The notes beneath the pieces are model-generated. The model saw nothing but the letters and a program-made list of their open reading frames with translations, made no database searches and was not told the origin of the DNA. Position numbers and translations under genes: made by a program. Shown one piece after another: positions 58,920 through 64,000 of a stretch of DNA of 64,000 nucleotides (positions are counted from its first letter, which is position 1; every line of letters begins with the position of its first letter). The DNA is from Gemmatimonadota bacterium (GTDB taxonomy: Bacteria; Gemmatimonadota; Gemmatimonadetes; Longimicrobiales; Gaopeijiaceae). Location of the stretch: positions 160,001 to 224,000 of the forward strand of contig JAXHMG010000003.1 of the NCBI GenBank assembly GCA_034521595.1, in the 5' to 3' direction.

Positions 58920-59492
58920 ATGACGATGAGCGACGTGCCCGGAAGGCCCCCGGGATCCGGGGACGAAGACGGCAGGCCCGCACCGGCACGTAGAACCTTC
59001 CTCCAGGCGGTCGGGGCAGCGCTCGCGGGTGCGCTGGCCAGCATCCCACCGGTCGTCGCGGGGGCGGCGACACTACTTCACCCACTCCGGCGTGAGGAGA
59101 CGGTTGCGTCCGCGGTCAGGGTGGCGAGCTTGACGGGGCTCCCCGAAGGGGGGGCGCCACGCCGGGTTACCGTGATCGACGACCGGGTCGATGCCTGGAC
59201 CAGCTACGAGGCGACTCCCGTCGGCGCCGTGTACCTGCGGCGTGAAGGCGACCGCATCTCTGCTCTCAACGTCGTCTGTCCGCACGCGGGGTGCTCCGTG
59301 AACCTCGCACCGAATGGCACGCACTTCGCGTGTCCTTGTCATCGGAGCCGTTTCGCACTCGACGGCACTCGGGAGGAGGGCCCCGCGCCGCGCGACCTCG
59401 ATGCGCTCGAGGTGGAGGTCCGGAACGAGACCGAGGTTTGGGTGCGCTTCCAGAACTTCAGGCCGGGGACGGAGGAGAAGATTCCGATGTAG
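58920..59492 (+). CDS. Rieske [2Fe-2S] protein (QcrA/PetC-like), Tat-anchored
   Basis: ARRTFL, CPHAGC, CPCHRS.F, GPAPRDL. SD AGGAGG. Confidence 0.88.
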   Translation: MTMSDVPGRPPGSGDEDGRPAPARRTFLQAVGAALAGALASIPPVVAGAATLLHPLRREETVASAVRVASLTGLPEGGAPRRVTVIDDRVDAWTSYEATPVGAVYLRREGDRISALNVVCPHAGCSVNLAPNGTHFACPCHRSRFALDGTREEGPAPRDLDALEVEVRNETEVWVRFQNFRPGTEEKIPM

Positions 59493-59531
59493 GCGAGGTT
59501 CTCTCGGGCGACGTACGATCGATGCACGAAC

Positions 59532-59569
59532 GTGAAGGTGCGTTCATGCCGGTGTCATCGCCCCTTCAC
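59532..59569 (+). promoter_or_regulatory. Candidate response-regulator box 2
   Basis: TGAA 59533, then TTCAT 59543, GTCAT 59554, TTCAC 59565. Confidence 0.65.
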
Positions 59570-59629
59570 GGGACGTCCCGATATTTCAGGATGAGCGCGT
59601 AGTCTTCGTCTCGAGCAGGAGGAGGACCG

Positions 59630-59962
59630 ATGAGCCGGTACGAGAACCTCGGAGCCCTCGCGGTGCGTTGGTTGGGTCTCGCATTCCTCTCCCTGTCGGT
59701 CGTATCGCTGTTGGTGGGCCTCGTCGGTCCCTGGACCATGGGCGGTATGATGGGCGGCAGGATGGGCGGCCAGGGGATGACGGAGCTCCAGGAGCAGATG
59801 ATGCCGGGCAGCTTCGGTCACATGGCGCAAGGTGGCTTCGGAATGTGGTGGGGCCCGACGGTGTTGTTTCTCGTGATGGGGTTGCTGCTCATCGTGCTGG
59901 GGCGTCCGCTCGGCTCGGCGCTCGCGTCGGGGCTGACCGATCGGGAAGAAGGCACGGACTGA
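59630..59962 (+). CDS. Small 2-TM protein with Met/Gly-rich loop
   Basis: MGGMMGGRMGGQGM...MMPG..HM between two TM helices. SD AGGAGG. Confidence 0.7.
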   Translation: MSRYENLGALAVRWLGLAFLSLSVVSLLVGLVGPWTMGGMMGGRMGGQGMTELQEQMMPGSFGHMAQGGFGMWWGPTVLFLVMGLLLIVLGRPLGSALASGLTDREEGTD

Positions 59963-60069
59963 GTCCGACCCGGCGGATGGACGGGGACGCTTGCCTCGAC
60001 GTCCGAGGTGTCCCCTAATACAGCGGTGAGCTGCCCTGAACGAACATCCGCGCGGAGAGAGGACTGCCG

Positions 60070-60906
60070 ATGAGCAGCACCGGAGACAGACCCACCGATC
60101 CACCCCCACCCCCGGAAGACGAAGACCCGGATGAGCGGCCGAATGTGCCCGGTTCTCCCTCCGGCGCGTCCGTGGAACGGTCGCGATCTCGCCTGGCGTT
60201 GGCCGTACTGGCGCTCGCGCTCCTGGTCGTGGCCCTCGGCGCCCTGTCGGGCTTCGGGAGCCGTTGGGGCCTGTGGAACTTCCGGACGGGCTTCACCTTG
60301 CTACGGTGGAGCGCCTACGGCGCCATCGTGGTCGCGGTGCTCACCTTGCCCGTGCTGTGGCTCACCCGTCCCGGCGCGGGCCGCGCCCGGGATTTCCTCA
60401 CCGCGCTCGTGGCCCTGGTGGTGTCGGTGCCCGTCTTCGGCCTACCGCTCACCTGGCGTGCGCGCGCCGGTGAGGTTCCGCCGATCCACGACATCACCAC
60501 GGACACGAACGATCCGCCCGAGTTCGTCGCTGTCGCGCCGCTGCGCGCGGACGCGCCCAATCCGGTCGAGTACCCCGGTCCCGAGGTCGCGGCCCAGCAG
60601 CGTCGGGGCTATCCGGACATCCGGCCGGTCGTCCTCGACGCGCCGCTGTCCGAAGCGTACGAGACGGCACTCGACGCCGCGCATGCCGAGGGGTGGGAGA
60701 TCGTCGGATCGAACCTCGAGGAAGGGCGGATCGAAGCGACCGACCGAACCTTCTGGTTCGGGTTCCGGGACGACGTGGTCATCCGTCTCACACCGAACGG
60801 GAACCGCACCATCGTGGATGTGCGCTCCAAGTCCCGCGTGGGTGGGAGCGACGTCGGGACGAACGCCCGGCGGATCCGGTCCTACCTGGAACGGTTGGGG
60901 GGCTGA
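60070..60906 (+). CDS. DUF1499 domain membrane protein
   Basis: 3 TM segments, PPIHDITTD, IEAT...FGFRDDVVIR, DVRSKSRVG.SD.G.N..RI. Confidence 0.85.
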   Translation: MSSTGDRPTDPPPPPEDEDPDERPNVPGSPSGASVERSRSRLALAVLALALLVVALGALSGFGSRWGLWNFRTGFTLLRWSAYGAIVVAVLTLPVLWLTRPGAGRARDFLTALVALVVSVPVFGLPLTWRARAGEVPPIHDITTDTNDPPEFVAVAPLRADAPNPVEYPGPEVAAQQRRGYPDIRPVVLDAPLSEAYETALDAAHAEGWEIVGSNLEEGRIEATDRTFWFGFRDDVVIRLTPNGNRTIVDVRSKSRVGGSDVGTNARRIRSYLERLGG

Positions 60907-60929
60907 GCCTTCAGTAACAGCCCGGCCGG

Positions 60930-60967
60930 ATGAAGATTCCTTAACCCGGCATTCACGGGGCCTTCAG
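60930..60967 (+). promoter_or_regulatory. Candidate response-regulator box 3
   Basis: TGAA 60931, then TTAAC 60941, TTCAC 60952, TTCAG 60963. Confidence 0.65.
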
Positions 60968-61064
60968 CGCGAGTGTGTGTTCGTTGTACCGGTGACGATC
61001 TCCCCGCTCACAAAACGGTGGTCGTCCGCGTCGGTAGCGAACCTCCTTCTCAAGACCTTGTGCT

Positions 61065-62933
61065 ATGACTTCTCCCGTGATGCCGGAATCTCTGTCCCGC
61101 CGTGATTTCGTGCGTGTGGGCGCGACGCTCGGTGGTCTCGCCGGCCTCGACGCGCTGGTTCCCCGGTACGCCCGTGCCGGGGGGGACCTGGCCGCCAGAG
61201 CACCCGAAGTGCTCGACGGCAGCGCGGCTCCCCTCGATCTCACCATCGGACGGGTCTCCGTGCCGATCGGTGATCGTACCGGCCACGCGACCACGATCAA
61301 CGGCTCGCTACCCGGGCCGATCCTGCGTTTCCGTGAGGGGGACGAGGCGGTCATGCGCGTGACGAACGCTCTGGACGAAGACACGTCGGTCCACTGGCAC
61401 GGCATTCTCCTGCCCAACGGCATGGACGGCGTGCCCAACGTGAACTATCCGGGAATTCGGCCGGGCGAGACGTTCGAGTACCGGTATCCGATCGCGCAGT
61501 ACGGAACGTACTGGTACCACAGCCATTCCGGATTGCAGGAGCAGCTCGGCCAGTACGGTGCGCTGATCATCGACCCCGCGGAGCCCGAGCCGTTCGAGTA
61601 CGACCGCGATTACGTCGTGGTGCTGTCCGACTGGACGTTCGAGGATCCGTACCGGATCATGGCGCGCCTCAAGAAGGTCCCCCACTACTACAACCGGCAG
61701 AAACGGACGGTCTTCGACTTCATCCGTGACGCGGGCGATCAGGGCTTCGGTGCCGCATTGAGCGACCGCCTCATGTGGGGCGGGATGCGGATGGATCCCA
61801 CCGACATCGCCGACATCACGGGCGCGACGTACACCTACCTCATGAACGGGCTGCCGCCCGACGCGGGTTGGACCGGCCTCTTCGAGCCGGGAGAGCGGGT
61901 GCGTCTCCGCTTCATCAACGCTTCCGCCGCGTCCTTCTTCGACGTGCGGATCCCCGGGTTGCCGATGACCGTGGTGCAGTCCGACGGCCAGCACGTGAAA
62001 CCGGTCGAGACGGACGAGTTCCGCATCGGGATCGCCGAGACCTACGACGTGATCGTCGAGCCGCGAGAGGATCGTGCGTATACGGTCTTCGCCGAGGCCA
62101 TGGATCGGAGCGGATACGGTGCGGGCACGCTGGCGCCCCGGGAGGGAATGCGCGCCGAGGTACCCGAGCGGCGCGCGCGTCCGTTGCTGTCCATGGCGGA
62201 CATGGGCATGCAGCACGACATGGACGACATGGACGGTATGGGCGATGGCCAGGACATGCCGGGCGACGCGGATCCCGACGAGGCGCCGGCGATGGATCAC
62301 GGGGACCACGGGATGCAGCACATGGCCGGGAACCAGGACCGTCCACCGGGCACCGTCGCGCCGATGACGGAGCACGGCCCCGACGACCACGGCCCCGGAA
62401 GCGCCAGCGTGCCCGACCAGGTCATGAGCCGCCTCCACGAGCCCGGAAACGGCCTCGGTGAGGACGGTTGGCGGGTGCTCACCTACACGGACCTCGAGGC
62501 GCTCGAGGCGCGGCACCACCTCGACCCTCCGGAGCGGGAGATCGAGCTCCACCTCACGGGCAACATGGAGCGCTTCATGTGGTCCATCAACGGCACGACG
62601 TTCTCGGAAGCGGAGCCGATCCAGCTACGCCAAGGTGAGCGCATCCGGCTCACCATGGTGAACGACACCATGATGAACCACCCGATGCACCTGCACGGGA
62701 TGTGGATGGAGCTCGAGAACGGCAAGGGAGGCGCGATTCCCAGACAGCACACCGTGAACGTCAAGCCGGCCGAGAAGCTCTCGGCGCTGGTGACCGCCGA
62801 TGCGCCCGGCCCGTGGGCCTTCCACTGCCACGTCCTCTATCACATGGACGCGGGGATGTTCAGAGTCGTAATGGTCGGGGACGGAGAGGGGACGTACATG
62901 GACCGCTCGGGCACCGAGGGAGACGAAGCATGA
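61065..62933 (+). CDS. Copper-resistance multicopper oxidase (CopA/PcoA family)
   Basis: Tat SRRDF, HWHG, WYHSH, HPMHLHG, HCHVLYHMDAGM, Met/His-rich insert. Start may be 61080. Confidence 0.95.
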   Translation: MTSPVMPESLSRRDFVRVGATLGGLAGLDALVPRYARAGGDLAARAPEVLDGSAAPLDLTIGRVSVPIGDRTGHATTINGSLPGPILRFREGDEAVMRVTNALDEDTSVHWHGILLPNGMDGVPNVNYPGIRPGETFEYRYPIAQYGTYWYHSHSGLQEQLGQYGALIIDPAEPEPFEYDRDYVVVLSDWTFEDPYRIMARLKKVPHYYNRQKRTVFDFIRDAGDQGFGAALSDRLMWGGMRMDPTDIADITGATYTYLMNGLPPDAGWTGLFEPGERVRLRFINASAASFFDVRIPGLPMTVVQSDGQHVKPVETDEFRIGIAETYDVIVEPREDRAYTVFAEAMDRSGYGAGTLAPREGMRAEVPERRARPLLSMADMGMQHDMDDMDGMGDGQDMPGDADPDEAPAMDHGDHGMQHMAGNQDRPPGTVAPMTEHGPDDHGPGSASVPDQVMSRLHEPGNGLGEDGWRVLTYTDLEALEARHHLDPPEREIELHLTGNMERFMWSINGTTFSEAEPIQLRQGERIRLTMVNDTMMNHPMHLHGMWMELENGKGGAIPRQHTVNVKPAEKLSALVTADAPGPWAFHCHVLYHMDAGMFRVVMVGDGEGTYMDRSGTEGDEA

Positions 62934-63679
62934 TGCGCTTGTCGAGGGACCGGCCGCGGGCGGTTGGGTTCGCCGGGCTCATGTTGATCGTCCTGGCGCT
63001 TGCGGGACCGAGCCCCGCGGGGGCCCAGACCATGGATGACATGAACTACCTCTTCCTCATGGTCAACGAGCTCGAGCAGGCGCCCAACCTCGCCGAGCGC
63101 CCGGTGCGCCTCGGGGGGGAGGCGTGGTACGGGGGCGATTATAACCGGCTCTGGATGAAGGTCCACGGGGACGCCTCGACGAGGGAGTCCGAAGGCGACC
63201 TCGAGACGCAACTGCTGTTCAGCCGGCTGGTCTCTCCCTGGTGGGACCTCCAGGCGGGCATCCGGGTGGACCACGCTTGGGGCGAAGGGACACGCACCCG
63301 CCCGCACCTCGCGCTCGGGATCCAGGGCCTCGCCCCCTATTGGTTCGAGGTGGAGTCGTCGCTCTTCGTCGACGACGACGGGAACGTCAGCGCGGAAGTC
63401 GACGCGGGGTACGAGCTCCTCTTCTCCCAGAGCCTCATCCTCGAGCCCGAGGTGGCGGTGGGGGTGGCATTCCAGGACGTGCCGGAATGGGGCATCGCCG
63501 CGGGGATTCACGACTTCGAGGTGGGTGCGCGGCTTCGCTACGAGATCAGGCGGGAGTTCGCGCCCTATGTAGGATGGGTCTGGCAGCGGGCGTTCGGGGA
63601 CACCGCCGATCTGTTACGCGCCGGTGGGGCGCCGTACCGTGAGGGAAGCCTCGTGTTCGGGATCCGTGCCTGGTATTGA
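62930..63679 (+). CDS. copB: Copper resistance outer-membrane protein B (CopB/PcoB)
   Basis: WYGGDYNRLW, WDLQAG.R, QGLAPYWFE, RLRYEIRREFAPYVG, terminal WY. Confidence 0.92.
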   Translation: MMRLSRDRPRAVGFAGLMLIVLALAGPSPAGAQTMDDMNYLFLMVNELEQAPNLAERPVRLGGEAWYGGDYNRLWMKVHGDASTRESEGDLETQLLFSRLVSPWWDLQAGIRVDHAWGEGTRTRPHLALGIQGLAPYWFEVESSLFVDDDGNVSAEVDAGYELLFSQSLILEPEVAVGVAFQDVPEWGIAAGIHDFEVGARLRYEIRREFAPYVGWVWQRAFGDTADLLRAGGAPYREGSLVFGIRAWY

Positions 63680-63735
63680 TCCCACCGTCGGCGTGATCGA
63701 GGCCCAACCAGAGGCACCACCCATGAGGAGGGACG

Positions 63736-64000
63736 ATGTCGGAGGGCGCACACGCCGGTCACGCTGAGCACGGGGGACGTGACGAGCACGGGGGGCACGA
63801 CGAGCACGAGGGCCACAGCCCCGGCATGTTCCGGGACAAGTTCTGGCTCTCCCTGGCCCTCACGGTTCCGGTCGTGTTCTGGTCCGAGCATGTGGCGGGG
63901 CTTCTCGGCTATGAGCCTCCGGTGTTTCCAGGATCGGCGTGGATCGCGCCGGTTCTGGCCACCGTCGTCTTTCTCTACGGGGGCATGGTCTTCCTCCGCG
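63736..64000 (+). CDS. His-rich N-terminus of a second copper P-type ATPase (P1B-3-like), truncated by window end
   Basis: MSEGAHAGHAEHGGRDEHGGHDEHEGHSPGMFRDKFWLSLALTVP...FLYGG. SD GAGG. Confidence 0.8.
   Translation, partial: MSEGAHAGHAEHGGRDEHGGHDEHEGHSPGMFRDKFWLSLALTVPVVFWSEHVAGLLGYEPPVFPGSAWIAPVLATVVFLYGGMVFLR

Noticed and set aside
63760-63815. Short tandem GACGAGCACG repeats
   Set aside because: They are coding repeats for the His-rich ATPase N-terminus.

Overview
GC-rich, gene-dense bacterial chromosome segment with about 52 CDS. No rRNA, tRNA, CRISPR array, integrase or transposase was recognised. Gene content (DUF1592/DUF1552/ankyrin operon, many lipoproteins, PEP-CTERM) suggests Gemmatimonadota, which is inference only. 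In order, the window holds: a MaoC-like hydratase and a giant M14 peptidase; the DUF1592-DUF1552-ankyrin operon; an MBL plus aminotransferase; two lipoprotein HpcH-like aldolases (one frameshifted); nadA-nadC; a qhpG/qhpF/qhpE-like triad without its structural genes; a PEP-CTERM gene with a sigma-54 promoter; a PEP-CTERM-type CAAX protease split by a MITE; soxCD-like genes; ilvD-panE; a YeeE/YedE pair; a NifA-like activator in front of glnB-amtB-porin-glnD; and a large copper cluster. The strongest signals read directly from the DNA are four. (1) Two copies of a MITE with identical 31-bp terminal inverted repeats and a TA duplication, one inserted inside a gene. (2) Paired ACA-N4-TGT sites exactly 30 bp apart, both upstream of the glnB sigma-54 promoter and upstream of the activator gene. 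(3) One operator architecture (TGAA plus three TTCA-like repeats at 11-bp period) at three copper-cluster promoters. (4) Three genes whose most plausible start is a CTG overlapping the upstream TGA. All family calls come from motif recognition by eye; no database search was run.
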